Shown here in pieces: positions 12,597 through 24,955 of a stretch of 64,000 bases of DNA. The DNA is from Paecilomyces variotii (lineage: Eukaryota): the NCBI GenBank assembly GCA_004022145.1, contig RCNU01000004.1; one strand, written 5' to 3'. Position 1 is the stretch's first letter, and each line of letters begins with the position of its first letter. A program made the translations under genes and the position numbers. The notes under the pieces were generated by a model, which saw only the letters and a list, made by a program, of their open reading frames with translations, made no database searches and was not told the DNA's origin.

Positions 12597-14265
12597 TCAG
12601 TCTGCCCTTCTCTTAGTCAACGCGTCCATGACCCTCGTATAGAATTTCGCAGCTTGCTGTCGGGAGAAGGTGATATCGACGGTAAGATAATCCGGCAAAA
12701 TCTCCACCAAGTCCCTGTCATGATTCTCATCGAGCAACGGCATGTAGTGGAATTCAGCAGATTCGAGACTGCTGGTGGTCTTGCTCTCTGCCTCGTGAGC
12801 AACAGCCAGTTTAAAGCGAAGAGCTGAGCTGTCATTAGTAAAAGCTTGGATCGTAGAAGATATCTAGACTTACTTCCGTTGGCTCCTGTTTGGATACAGT
12901 CGTACATATCGTCCGTTTCCCTCTTCTTCACATCGCGGATGATTAGACCCGTAAGATCGCTATAGAGATCCTCCTTGAGCTGTGCGATTTGAGCAGCCTG
13001 GACTGCTTCCGCGTTGGCGGCCATCATGCTTCGATTTGCCGGAGTGTTTTTAACAGCACTCCCAGGCGCCTTTGATGTGATGCTCTCTACGTTCGCTACC
13101 GTGTTGCGGGCAGCTGTCAATTTCGTCTGCAGCATTTTGATTTCGTTCTGGGCGGACGACAGCTCTGACGTGAGCTCGTCCACTCGTGCTTCGAGGTCAC
13201 CGACCTGCATTTCGCGGTCCTTCAACTTCTTCTGAATCGTTCGCGTCTGCTGACTGATCGCTTTTTGGGCTGCCAATTCTTCCTTCAAAGAAGCTACAAG
13301 TTTGCTCGATGCTGTCTGCAGTTAGTACAGTGCAGCATCCGTGATTCTTAGAAAATCTCCATACCTTCTGTCGTAGTCTCGCACTGTTTCTTTAACTTCT
13401 CCATATTTTCATTTGCCTCCACGATACCAATATCTCGAAGAGTCCGGAACCTCGACTCCAGACTCTCATACCTCTTCGTCATGTCGCTCAATCTCCGTTT
13501 CAACTCTGGGTCTCCGACAATTTTCTCCGCCTCTGCCATTCTACCAGCATTCCAGCGACTCTGCGATTCTTGCAAGGCGCGTTGCCCCGTCTTTCCTGCG
13601 TTGTGAAACTTCGAAGGTGAGAATTGCCGTGACTGAAGAATCGAATTCTCTGGAGAGAGAGTAGTCTCATCGATCTCTGGCGCCTGGCTCTCCATAGCAA
13701 CTTCGTTCTCGTCCGTCTCCGCTCGTTGTCTGGTTCCAGCGGTCCTCTTGGCTCCATGCCCTGCTCTATCTGTTGCTTTCAGCGCCTTGCTGTTTTTGGG
13801 TGTGTATTCGAACTCGCCATCCTTGCTGACTTGTTTTTCGGGAACAGCCTTCTTCCGCCCTCGTGTACCTGCGGGCCTTCCTGTCTTCTTTCCTGGCGCT
13901 ACATTCTTAGGCGAGTCCAGTTCGTCGTTAGAGACGTCTCTCCGCGGATCCATCTCGAGAGAGTCATCGTTCCCCGTTTCAATTTCGCTTTCTATCGGAT
14001 CCTCAGGCTGGGGTTCTGGCGGGGCTTTATTCACTCGAGGTCTGCCCCTTACTGCAGCCGCTCGAGGCTTCACTGCGGCTTTCTTTGTTTCAGGAGCGCC
14101 CTGTCCGGACGATCGAGGTCGTCCTCTGTGTTTCTTGACTGGGCGCTCCTCTGCCTCTGAGTCGCTGCGTATTGCGCCTTCGATTGCATCCATCTGCATA
14201 ACATCATCTTCGTCGTCGGTGTCGACGAGACCCGAAAGCTGGACGGCCTTGCGCTTGGGGGGCAT
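12597..14265 (-). CDS. pcs1: Monopolin subunit Csm1/Pcs1-like chromosome segregation protein
   Basis: Coiled coil followed by LKEDLYSDLTGLIIRDVK...YDCIQTG...YMPLLD...LPDYLTVDITF...KFYTRVMDALTK; two introns. Confidence 0.85.
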
Positions 14266-14606
14266 TTTGCTTATATTAATTGGGACTGTCGCACACTGTA
14301 TATATAATTGAATCGCAGTGTTGTAGTGTTCTGTGGCGCACCAGACTCGAGGCGCAACACAGCGATCCTATCGCGTTCTCCAGTTGTGCAAACAAAGAGA
14401 CGCGCTCCGACGCAGCAGCATGTGACCGAAAGCGCTGACGCCGAACCTCCGCGGCAAGCCACATGGGAACCAAGCGCCACAGCTCCCCGAACTCATCGCC
14501 TCTACCTCTTCCACATCATTTGATCTAATCACTACTCTCACACTTCTCATATAGTCCATGATCCTTTCTTTCCTTGGGGTAGTCGTGATATAGTTGATCT
14601 GTCGTT

Positions 14607-15913
14607 ATGGCGTCCGCTGGCGGCCGGCGATGGCAACAGTTCCTTCAGGAACTTGTCATGATCGCGGGAACAGTAAGTGGTGAACACAGCTGTCGCTGAT
14701 TGAAGGCAATCTGACCTAAGTTGCATAGTCCGCATCCGCATATTTCCTGATTCGCTACCTTCTTTCGCGCATCGATTTCGACCCCGAAAGCTCCAAGAAA
14801 GAAGAGCAGAAGCGCAAATCAGCGGCCATTCTGCGAAGGCTAGATAGAACCGAGGAGTCGGAAGATGAGTCGCCCAGGCGGGGTGGACGGCGACGGAGAC
14901 AGCGGAAGGAAGACCTAGAGTTGACGCAATATGAGCAAGCTATTGCTATGGATGTGGTTGCACCGGAGGACATTCCTGTCTCGTTCGAGGACATTGGGGG
15001 TCTTGACGAGATCATCGAAGAGCTGAAGGAATCCGTCATATACCCGCTGACCATGCCCCATCTATATTCATCTACGTCTTCGCTGCTCTCGGCGCCGTCT
15101 GGTGTCCTACTCTACGGCCCTCCAGGTTGCGGAAAGACCATGTTGGCAAAGGCATTAGCTCACGAGAGTGGAGCGTGCTTCATTAATCTGCATATCTCTA
15201 CGTTGACGGAGAAATGGTATGGTGACTCGAATAAACTTGTCAACGCCGTTTTCTCTTTGGCCAGGAAGCTCCAGCCTTCCATCGTGTTTATTGATGAGAT
15301 TGACGCCGTCTTGGGAACACGGAGAAGTGGCGAGCATGAAGCCAGCGGTATGGTCAAGGCAGAGTTCATGACGCACTGGGATGGCCTCACATCGGCCAAC
15401 TCGATGGGCGAGCCTCAACGGGTCATGGTCCTGGGTGCTACCAACAGAATCCAAGATATCGATGAAGCAATCTTGAGACGAATGCCGAAGAAATTTCCCG
15501 TCACGCTACCGCCAGCACCGCAGCGTCTACGGATATTGGCTCTTATCTTGAAGGACACCAAGATCGACCGGGAGAACTTTGACCTTGACTATCTTGTTCG
15601 CATGATGGCGGGTATGTCCGGCAGCGATATCAAAGAGGCCTGCCGCGATGCAGCCATGGTCCCTATCCGGGAACTCATTCGGCAGAAGAAGGCGGCCAGT
15701 GTGCATATGACGTCCGTGGATCCCAGCGAGGTGCGAGGACTCCGTACGGACGACTTCTTCACTCGGGCAGGAGGCGTGAAGGTCATTCCTAAGCCTGCAC
15801 CCTCACTGGATGCAAGCAAAACTGTGTCGGAGAAAGAATGGGTCACCGACGATGAGGTTGGTGAAGAAGCTGATGCTCCATCAACTGCGCCAGTGGCCGA
15901 GCCGCCCGAATAG
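14607..15913 (+). CDS. MSP1: Mitochondrial/peroxisomal membrane AAA ATPase (Msp1/ATAD1)
   Basis: Walker A GPPGCGKT, Walker B IVFIDEID, KWYGDSNKLV, GATNRIQDIDEAILRRMP; short N-terminal exon MASAGGRRWQQFLQELVMIAGT. Confidence 0.93.
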
Positions 15914-17047
15914 GTATTCAATAGAGCCCCTTGCGACCCTTCTCATGCCGGAATACATCATCCCGAGGGACTGGCGTTGCGGACATATCCACCACGAGCT
16001 GATCGAGAGATGTCTGTTTATGTTAAATCACTCCACCACGATCTTCCGGTCATACATGTTGCCATTAATAGGCCTTTGCTGGCCGTGTATTTAGAATTCC
16101 TTGTCGTTACAGCCGCCTTTGGCATGCTCTCCCAGAGATGTTGACGGTATTTTGCCTGTAGATACCAGAGTTAACGATTTGCTCGAGGTTCACATGATCG
16201 CAATTCCGGTAAACCGACTGCGAGTAAGACTTGAGGAAGCCGCCATAGATAGATAGACGTTTCACCCACCAAACCGGAAAACAGAGTGTGAACGACCTAC
16301 CTGAAGTGGCCTTGAAGCGCCTTGAGACAGTATCTTTGAGACAGTATCTAGGCATGAAATCGTTCAGGCCACAGACTGAGCGAGCATTAGTATTAGTATG
16401 AGTGGATGAGGCTCCGTAGCAGGCAGTCCTTCAAGGGGGCAAAATGCGCCGATCAGCCAAGTGGGATGTATCGGTACCTCGCGTCCAGTACAGTTTCCGC
16501 GTGGGAGTTACGTACCCCTACATACGTACAGCTGGGCCGCCCAGCGAGCGGGCCGCGTGGGCTGGCCAGGGAAGAAGCCCTCTGCTGATACCAACTGCTT
16601 TGTTCCTTAACGAACGCTTCCTAGGATCTCTTTCTTACCAGATCGCCGTACCAGGCTCCCCTAGAGCCCTAACGATCCTCTAACCAGCGTCTTATCTGAG
16701 ACCACAGACCAGGCCTCAGACTCTGCCTCATCTCTCCTCCCTGGAGCCTCTGTCGTCACGCCCGTACCTGCCGCGCTCCGTAGACGCCCCGATAAACCAC
16801 CACGGCCGCGCAATTGAGGTCCGGAGACCTGGTTCGGATTCGCATCAGAACATGCGTCTCGATGTCACTACTTGAACTCCCTTGCCCTTGAGTTTTACGC
16901 GAAAGCGGGTGTGGTCACTGCGCTGGATGACGAATGATCTCGAGGTATAACCGTAACCTGCCTCCGATGACGCCGGCCCAGCAGTCGGAAGCAAGCTGAC
17001 AGTCTATGTCTCTTTGCACAGGATATATCAAGCCTCTGTCGGCGGGA

Positions 17048-18988
17048 ATGAGCTCCAGTAGCAGTTTTCTCGACGCTCTCAGCCCGTCGACCTCGAGTAG
17101 TACCACGAGCAGGAGGTCGACCTCTACGGTCCGGCCACGCAATCGTCGCCTGATATCAGTGACCGACGACGACGATGATCAGGGAAACTTGGGAGGTGAC
17201 CTTGCTCACCAGCAGCTGCCGCCGGCCTCGGATTTCGATTTGACACCTCCGCAGTCTCCTGTCGCTACTCCATCCCCATATACATCGCGAGGGGTATCGC
17301 CCCTGCCTACCACCCATCCTTCCCGGGCGACGACAACCGCGAACCGGAGCAAACAAAGTCTGGTGGATTATTTTTCTGCCTTTGGTCTGGATAATGGGAG
17401 CAAGACGCAGAGCGCGAACTCAAAACTTGGCTCCAGTCTACTGGAGACATCCTGGTCGTCGTTGCAGAGCCTAGCATCGTCCGTTCTGGGGAGTGACGCT
17501 GCACGGCCAGCGTCGAACAAGACACCAAATTCGCATCAGAGAAGAAAACCGTCCCGTTCAGATGCCTATATCAGCAGTGCACCGAAGTCGGCGCCCTCGT
17601 CATGGGGACCATCGAAGCCTTCCACCGTCCAGATCGGATCAGGCACTAAAGAAGAGCGACGCGCTTTGGTACAGGCGAAGAAGCGGGAGGCGTTACTACT
17701 GGCAAACGGAGATTCTGTATCAGAATTAAGCGGCCGCCATAAGAGAAGGGATTCGTGTGGGCCTGCGGATGCATCTGCCGCGGACCCCGAGCACGATGAA
17801 GATGCTTTGGTCTATGTACATCAAGTCCAGCCTGCGGATAGCATTACTGGAGTCACTATAAAGTACGGTTGCAACCCTGGTGTGATGCGAAAAGCCAACG
17901 GATTCTGGCCGAGCGACAGCATTCAGAGCAGAAAGACGGTCCTACTCCCAGTGGAGGCGTGCACGGTCAAAGGACGTCGGATTCAGTCGAGTGAGGAGGG
18001 CAATCTTCTCGAAAACGAAACACCTGGCCGGAGACCATTCGACGACTCAATTGGCGGTTCAATTGCACCAGCTGAGACGGCCAGTCGTGATAACGAGGTC
18101 GAAACTGATGCGCAAGGTGGAAAGAACAAAGACAAGACGTGGAAGCATGAAGCGTGGGTCAATATAGATGGGTTTCCAGGGCCAGTGGAAATTGGACGTG
18201 TACCACGCAGAACGTTGGGCTTTTTCCCGCGCAGACGCCGAAAGTCGCAATCATTGCCATATACCGATTCGGAATCTGCCGTGACCTCTTTTGATATACC
18301 TCGAATTGAGCCCGTGTCGGAACCACGAACATCATCCTCCCACTCTCAACCTCTGTCCACTGCACCATCATCCACATTTTCTCCCACACGCAATGGTCGG
18401 GTTTCGGGTTCCTTTTCGCGAGCCAATGGCCCGACGCCGCCTTCAGGACATGGCCATCGTCGTCAGCGCAGTAGTTTCCATCTTTCTGGTCCCGGCGGCG
18501 TTGGCACCCTTGGCCGAGATGTTACGGCGCCGGGTCCTGCCCCTGATAAGCTAAACAACTTCTTCTCCCAACATCTACCGAATCTCACTGCTCCAGCACC
18601 TCCTAGCCTACCTCGCACAGCTTCTTTTGGGTCCACTTCTACCGTGGCGTCGGGTTCGTCCACCACAGGACTCGAGAATGTCGGTGGTGCTATCGAAGGG
18701 TGGATGAGGAAGATGGCAACCCGGGCAAAGGCAGGTCTAAACGAGCTGCAGCAGAACGCGCAAGGCGGCCAAGTATATGGCCTGGGGCAAGCAATGGGAA
18801 TCGGAGGGATGGGAGATTTGATTGAAATGGACGACAGTCTTGAAGGAAGAGCAACACCTGGGAGCAGCACTGGCCGGCTGGCCATTCCCCCTGGAGCAAG
18901 ATCGCGCTCAAACCTGCGTGAGGAATCATCTCAGAGAAGAGGATTGTCCAGCACAGGTATGTCTCGAGACAGCAGCAAGGAGGACTGA
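17048..18988 (+). CDS. Intracellular LysM-domain protein, Ser-rich
   Basis: YVHQVQPADSITGVTIKYGCNPGVMRKANGFWPSDSIQSRKTVLLP is a LysM motif; no signal peptide. Start placed at MSSSSS because a branch point and acceptor lie at ~16995-17021. Confidence 0.8.
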   Translation: MSSSSSFLDALSPSTSSSTTSRRSTSTVRPRNRRLISVTDDDDDQGNLGGDLAHQQLPPASDFDLTPPQSPVATPSPYTSRGVSPLPTTHPSRATTTANRSKQSLVDYFSAFGLDNGSKTQSANSKLGSSLLETSWSSLQSLASSVLGSDAARPASNKTPNSHQRRKPSRSDAYISSAPKSAPSSWGPSKPSTVQIGSGTKEERRALVQAKKREALLLANGDSVSELSGRHKRRDSCGPADASAADPEHDEDALVYVHQVQPADSITGVTIKYGCNPGVMRKANGFWPSDSIQSRKTVLLPVEACTVKGRRIQSSEEGNLLENETPGRRPFDDSIGGSIAPAETASRDNEVETDAQGGKNKDKTWKHEAWVNIDGFPGPVEIGRVPRRTLGFFPRRRRKSQSLPYTDSESAVTSFDIPRIEPVSEPRTSSSHSQPLSTAPSSTFSPTRNGRVSGSFSRANGPTPPSGHGHRRQRSSFHLSGPGGVGTLGRDVTAPGPAPDKLNNFFSQHLPNLTAPAPPSLPRTASFGSTSTVASGSSTTGLENVGGAIEGWMRKMATRAKAGLNELQQNAQGGQVYGLGQAMGIGGMGDLIEMDDSLEGRATPGSSTGRLAIPPGARSRSNLREESSQRRGLSSTGMSRDSSKED

Positions 18989-20171
18989 TGTGCCTCCACA
19001 AACACAAACGAGCTGTACGAGTGAGTTTTGCATCGACGCTACTTTGGTCTTATGGTCACTAGCGATGTGTTCTGCACCAGTATCTGGGCGCGTCAGTCGC
19101 TCAGACTGCATCGGTTCATCTAATTATTTGTATTCCTTTGGGCGTACCTCCGGAGTAGTACGGCATGGGAGTGCACTAGATCAATCGTCCTGTTTTTCAT
19201 TTTCTTTCTCTCTTCAGCTCTTGCTAGATGAGCGAGACTAATTGCGCAAGTATACTCTCACCTGTTACAGTCGTGTTATTGAGCCCGAAATGTCATACAC
19301 AGACCCAGATACCATGTCATAAACCCTCAAATCAATGTTGCTACAGCTTTTTACAAGGACCTCTGTTCGTCCTTTACCTCTTGTTCAAGTGATGTTTATA
19401 GGAGCTACACCGGCGCCGGCGCACAGGACTTGTTTCTTTCCTTCCGGTTGTAAATACCTTCAGATCAATTGCTATCATTGAATTTAGAAAGCTCTTCTGT
19501 TTCACCGCATGGTTGACTTGCGCCAGGGATATGCATTGAATAGTATAAGCTGCAGAAACAACCGGTCGAAACTGCTTTGTTGATCTCCGCACCAGCCGAT
19601 AGTTAGCGGGGTAGAATAAACGCAAGTGGCAGGCTGAAATGTCAACTTATCTGACTTGTACTGTACATATACTGAGGTATTGACACCCGCAGTTCATCAC
19701 TCGATGCTCAACAGAGAAAGTACGGTCCTGTTTTCGGGATTTACTGTGCTCCACAGTTAGAAAACAAACTACGTACATACATATAATCAAAACGAAACAC
19801 TAAGTGCGGGGTAAACTCATTTAAAAAAAAAAAACCACTTGCATAAGAGGATATACTTTTCATTCATTCCTCAGTCTCCAATCTGATATACGTATACGAG
19901 ATCTTAGTATCCGGGCGGGGAAATCGGTCCTGGTTTTAGAATTACATCCTGAAGACTATTTTGCAGTCTTTCAAAGAATTAGATGTTATATTTATGGATC
20001 AGGCCCTGTCCAGCCTCTAGGAAGTGGTACCATTTTCAAAAAAAAAAAAAAAAAGGCTCCTCTGGCAAAATGCCGCATGGTATGTACAATACAAAGAGCG
20101 ATTCTTATAAGCTTCAGCCTACAAACAGATCCATTTCAGATATTATTCTCAATGACGATGAACCTGCCCTA

Positions 20172-21411
20172 TTACCAAGTAGTAGGAAAGGTAACATAGT
20201 CGTAGAAAGCCCCAGTTTGAATCAACTTCTGGTCCAGACCCTCCTTTCCACTGCTGAGGAAGAGGAACTTGGTAAAATAAGAGCCACTCCAGTACTTGAA
20301 GGTCAGATTTCCAGGAACGAAAGCCACATCACCAGTACTAAGCGATGCGGTTGGATACTGAGCGATCTGGATTTTTAGATTTCCTTCGAGGACCTGAAAT
20401 GCTGCAGCACCAGGAAATGACCACTGCGGGATAGTAATATTTTTTGGTGTAGTGCTGATTGAAATAGTGGACAGAGTGAAGTTCGTGTCTTGCGTCTGGG
20501 CTGGTGTGGCTAGAGGCTGAACAATCTGATATCCGTACTGCGAGTTGATGTATTTTGGACCCCAGCCGTTTGCGACGAAATAAGGGCTACCATCAGTAGT
20601 CAGCGTGTTGTTGCCCGTGTGCCAATTGCTAGCTGGGGCTGTTCCATTTATTGCATCCCGTCGAGGTTCAAAGTCTAATTGGGCATGGACGTCGAACTTT
20701 GTTAGAGATGAAATGATAGATGAATTTGGTCCCGTCGCAGAGGAGCCATCGTCAGCCTGTGGGACATAGGGAGTATGCGTGGTCGTAGAAAGGTTTGAAC
20801 CTAAATAGTAGAAGAGCTCCCTGGACTATCATTAATTGGAGAACCGACATTTCCTTGGATGGGTCACTGCAGATAACCAATATCTAAAGACAAATTAGGC
20901 CGACTTACTCAAATCCACCTGGAACAATGGCTCCAACGAGTTCGGTATCAGGATCCAAGATCTGGAATGTATGCGTCGTATTCCTTACCACCGATCCGTA
21001 GTCGCCCGGGTAGAGAACTCGTGATTGTTGAGTAGCATTGTCCTTTTGTGCCCACAATTGCACACGGCCCTTGTAAGTGAAGAAATTCTCGTAATGATGA
21101 TAATGTATATGAGGAAGAACTCCTAGAGCCGTGGTGTAGGGTGCATTGGTCCCCATGAGTGTGAATGCATAATTGGAGGAAGGACCAGTAACGTAGAATC
21201 GGTACGTCTGCGAACCAACTGTGACGGCGTGGGCAGATGCGTAATGAGGGATCACGTATGGACGGAGATAGGATGGAGGTGTATCGACGAAAAGTGATTC
21301 TGGCAATGAGTCTGCACTACGCTGGGAAACCGCGAAGGTTGAATGTGCAGGAACTATGGGAACGTATGCTAGAAGCGTACTTGTAACTGCGAATAGTAGC
21401 CGGAAATGCAT
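20172..21411 (-). CDS. Secreted quercetin 2,3-dioxygenase (bicupin)
   Basis: Signal peptide; GVLPHIHYHHYENF and THTFQILDPDTE metal-binding cupin motifs; IVPGGFE|ELF across one intron; second cupin with ANGWGPKY and GDVAFVPG, ending FPTTW*. Confidence 0.9.
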
Positions 21412-22437
21412 TGTGCAGGTTACCTCCTGATGATAATATTATATCAAGATGTGCTCCAATGAATTAAGCTGACATCTGACGGGTGTCCACTGTAGATTAC
21501 AGGAGATCTTGTATATAAGTATTGCGGAATTCTATGGAGTATATCGTTCGTCACACATAAATGCAGTCAGTTGACCTAAAACAAAAGTGGAGATGCAGAC
21601 AAGGTGCCGTTTGAGAAATCTTAGTCCTTAAAAGAAACCCGATATAAGAGAGGATTAAACCGAGGATCATCGTTCTACATTTGAGAAAGACAGAATGGGA
21701 ATATCCGACAGAATTAGTAGTATTGTAAGGGGGTATAAAACATAAATAAAAGCTACTGCTAGTTGCGACAAAGCATCCATCCCTCGGAATTCCCGAGCCG
21801 CTTGGTTCGATCTATTTTATATGCCGGGAGAACCCTCAATTCCCCGAATATGTAACCAGGAAATCGCTCGGGTATTCCGATTCGCGCAGTTCGATTTGAT
21901 TTAACTACTATAGCACAAGTTAGCTTGGCCAGGGATAGATAAACATAGTAACATATCCACTTGGAATTCATAACCTTCTTAGCTCTATTTAAAAGAGACC
22001 TTCGCTCTGCTAAAAACGCCTGTCTCTTTTCTTCCTCTTATAGGGTGTTTAAGTTTCCTAAAGCAGTATATTTCTATCACATACGACCATAGGGTGTGGA
22101 AAATAGGGCTTCCCGTCCGCTCAGCCGTACTCAAGCCACACGCCGGTAGGTTAGTAGTTGGGTGGGTGACCACCAGCGAATCCCTACTGTTGTATGTTTT
22201 TGTCTTTTTATTTATTTATTTCCTCTTTTTTTTGTCCCTTTTTGCTTCATATCCTCTTGGAATTATAAGGTGGAAGGGCTTTTTCTTAGAGTAATTAAAC
22301 TTGCCTTTTTATTAGTTTGAATATCTGCAGCTTGTGCTCGGAGTTGTTAAGTAGTCAGGTCACGTTCTTTACCCTTAATATACTTAGCTTACCTATATCT
22401 ATCAAGCTTCTTAGAAGGATCAGCTGTGTGTAGACGA

Positions 22438-23148
22438 TCAAAATGACCCTCTGAAAGCAGTAAAAAAGCCCGCGAATTCAGATTCCCGCGCAAGTAATGC
22501 GGATGGACTATCAAATTCGACGAGCTCTCCATTCTTTATCAGAGCCACTCGGTCAGACTTAGTGATATAGCGGAGTCGATGTGTGACCGCGATAATCGTC
22601 TTATTGGCGAATTCTGTCTCTATCACTTTCTGCGTGATCGACTCTGTTTCACGGTCGACACTATCATTCGTTAGTTCTCGTGGTAAATCTATGCTTTGCT
22701 GCATTACCTGGGAGCAGCATACTTGCTTGTAGCTTCATCGAGGATCAAGATGGGACTTCGTGGCGTTAACGCTCTCGCCAAGGCTAGCAGTTGCCTTTCT
22801 CCCATGGACCATTTCGAATCTTTGAGATCTCCGTCAAGGCCACCGTTCGTCTGAATCTGTCTCCACAGGCCCACTTTCTTGACTGCGCGGAGTATCTCAT
22901 CATCAGAGGCGACTGTATGGGGGTCTATGTTGAGCCGGATGGTGCCAGGCATGAGGTACGGGTCCTGGGGAGTAACATTGAGTCGCAGGCGGATATCAGA
23001 TGGTTGTATGGATGCCAGGTCCCGTTTATCGATAGAGACACTCCCGCTTTTCACTTTTGTCATCTGCAGGAGGGTCATTATCACAGATGTTTTACCACTG
23101 CCCGACGGACCGCAGACGGCGACTTTTTCGCCGGTTTTAATCTCGTGA
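22438..23148 (-). pseudogene. 5'-truncated ABCC/MRP-type ABC transporter fragment (NBD2 only)
   Basis: GEKVAVCGPSGSGKTS (Walker A), PQDP, WSMGERQLLALARAL, ILILDEATS|NVD, IAVTHRL. In-frame TAG just upstream and no transmembrane exons before the tRNA at 23701. Confidence 0.8.
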
Positions 23149-23700
23149 TCATGGCTTCTCTAGGTGGCTATACATCGAAGTAGTCCATCCACGAAACAAT
23201 TGAGACTGGCAAGATAGCTACCTATTTACGGTTGTCTACAGATGTGTGCCTCATTGATCTGGGTCGTATACTTAAGTAGCTGATCCTACCTGCTTACCAC
23301 ATTCCTTCGAGAAAGGCTTTTCAGTTGATATGCCTCGAAGGGTCTTTATAAACGGGGTAAGAGTAGCTAAGTTAGAAGTAGGGCTCAGTCAGTTCGTGAA
23401 CTTCCTGATTACTTTTCTTATTGACCTGTAGTAGATGGTGTAGTAATAATATATATATATAGCATGAAGAACTGAATGCATCTGTAAAATGGGGATGACG
23501 TCCTTATATATACAGTCCTTTATAGCTAGCCTGAAATCAATATATACTTAGTAGTAAAAGGACTCTATGAAAGTAGTATACTGAGAAAAAAGTAAGTATC
23601 GCGTCTTTACAGACGTAGGTAGGTAGTGACGACTATGTGGTTACATCCTACATGGTCTGAGATTGTTATATGGCTACTCCGAATCCAATCTTCAACAATT

Positions 23701-23772
23701 GGCCGGCTGGCCCAATGGCAAGGCGCTTGACTACGAATCAAGAGATTGCAGGTTCGATCCCTGCGTCGGTCA
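23701..23772 (+). tRNA. tRNA-Arg(ACG)
   Basis: Acceptor stem GGCCGGC/GTCGGTC, anticodon arm CTTGA-CT-ACG-AA-TCAAG, T-loop GGTTCGATCC, downstream T-run terminator. Confidence 0.96.
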
Positions 23773-24030
23773 TTCGAATTTTCTTTTTTGCACCTTCTAC
23801 CTTACGCAATAAAAATTTTGCCGCAGTTCTCGCCGGATAGAGCCGGACAAAAAAAATGAATAACTGAATATTGCGCTTAACAGAAGGGTACAGGAAGTTC
23901 ACTTTTTTTTAATATTATTCTTAATCTATATTCTAGATATAGATTGTTATTTAAGTCTAATGGATTTTGTGCTGCCTGCAAAAAGTATAGAGACAAAAAA
24001 AGTGATCTCTCTTTAAGAGAGACCATTCAT

Positions 24031-24102
24031 TGACCGACGCAGGGATCGAACCTGCAATCTCTTGATTCGTAGTCAAGCGCCTTGCCATTGGGCCAGCCGG
24101 CC
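24031..24102 (-). tRNA. tRNA-Arg(ACG), identical inverted copy
   Basis: Exact reverse complement of 23701-23772; T-run downstream on the minus strand (A-run at ~23995-24001). Confidence 0.96.
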
Positions 24103-24955
24103 AATTGTTGAGAGGTCCAAGCGCAACTAGAAAATATATGGAACTTTCCGCACATAAGAACCTCGCCCGCTTGCCCCAAGTATGCCCTTATTGAAAAAGC
24201 GCATGCATTCTGGTACAGCATCTCTGTGGTATATCCCTAGAGCTAATAGATTTTATCTACTCTCTTTCCTATAGTCGGAGGGTTATTGCTACATTCTCAA
24301 GACATTCTCAAGCAGTGACAAACGTTTTATGTGACGTCATTCTTGTACGCGCAAATGTATCTAGATAGACTTCGATTCAACCCCCGAGAATATTTGACTG
24401 TCTAGATAGGGGAGGCTTCTAACAGTGGAGATATCTGATTACTACTGTAGTCACTGAGTTCTAGTATATTAATATTATGTAGAGTTAGACTGTTACCCTA
24501 CATTTTTGCGATGGCGGTCAACCCGGATAATTGGAATGGCCATAGATATCGGATAAATAAATAGCCAGATCTTACTGGAAAATAGCACGGGCTTCAGGGA
24601 AACACACATACAGGTCCTTCAATTTTCACATTACCAGACACCAAACAAGGTCAATTTCTACATCTATATCACAAGAGTATACAAGTGGACAGTAAATGTT
24701 ATTGTGTAGCTGACCTACTGGCCTTATCCTCAACCATAAGGAATCACAAGCCGCTGAGGCATAGAGGAACATGTTTGCTGCACATCTAGTGCAGGTATTA
24801 ACTAAAGCAAGAGAATGGACATTGGAAAGAAACCCAGCTTATAGGAACGAACCACTTCATCCTGTAAAGTCGCTCATTGGGTAAATTATATAGTGCGCAA
24901 GAAACCGTGGCTGAACAAGAGTTGAGAGAACTAACAGATAGCTCTGTGCACTGGA

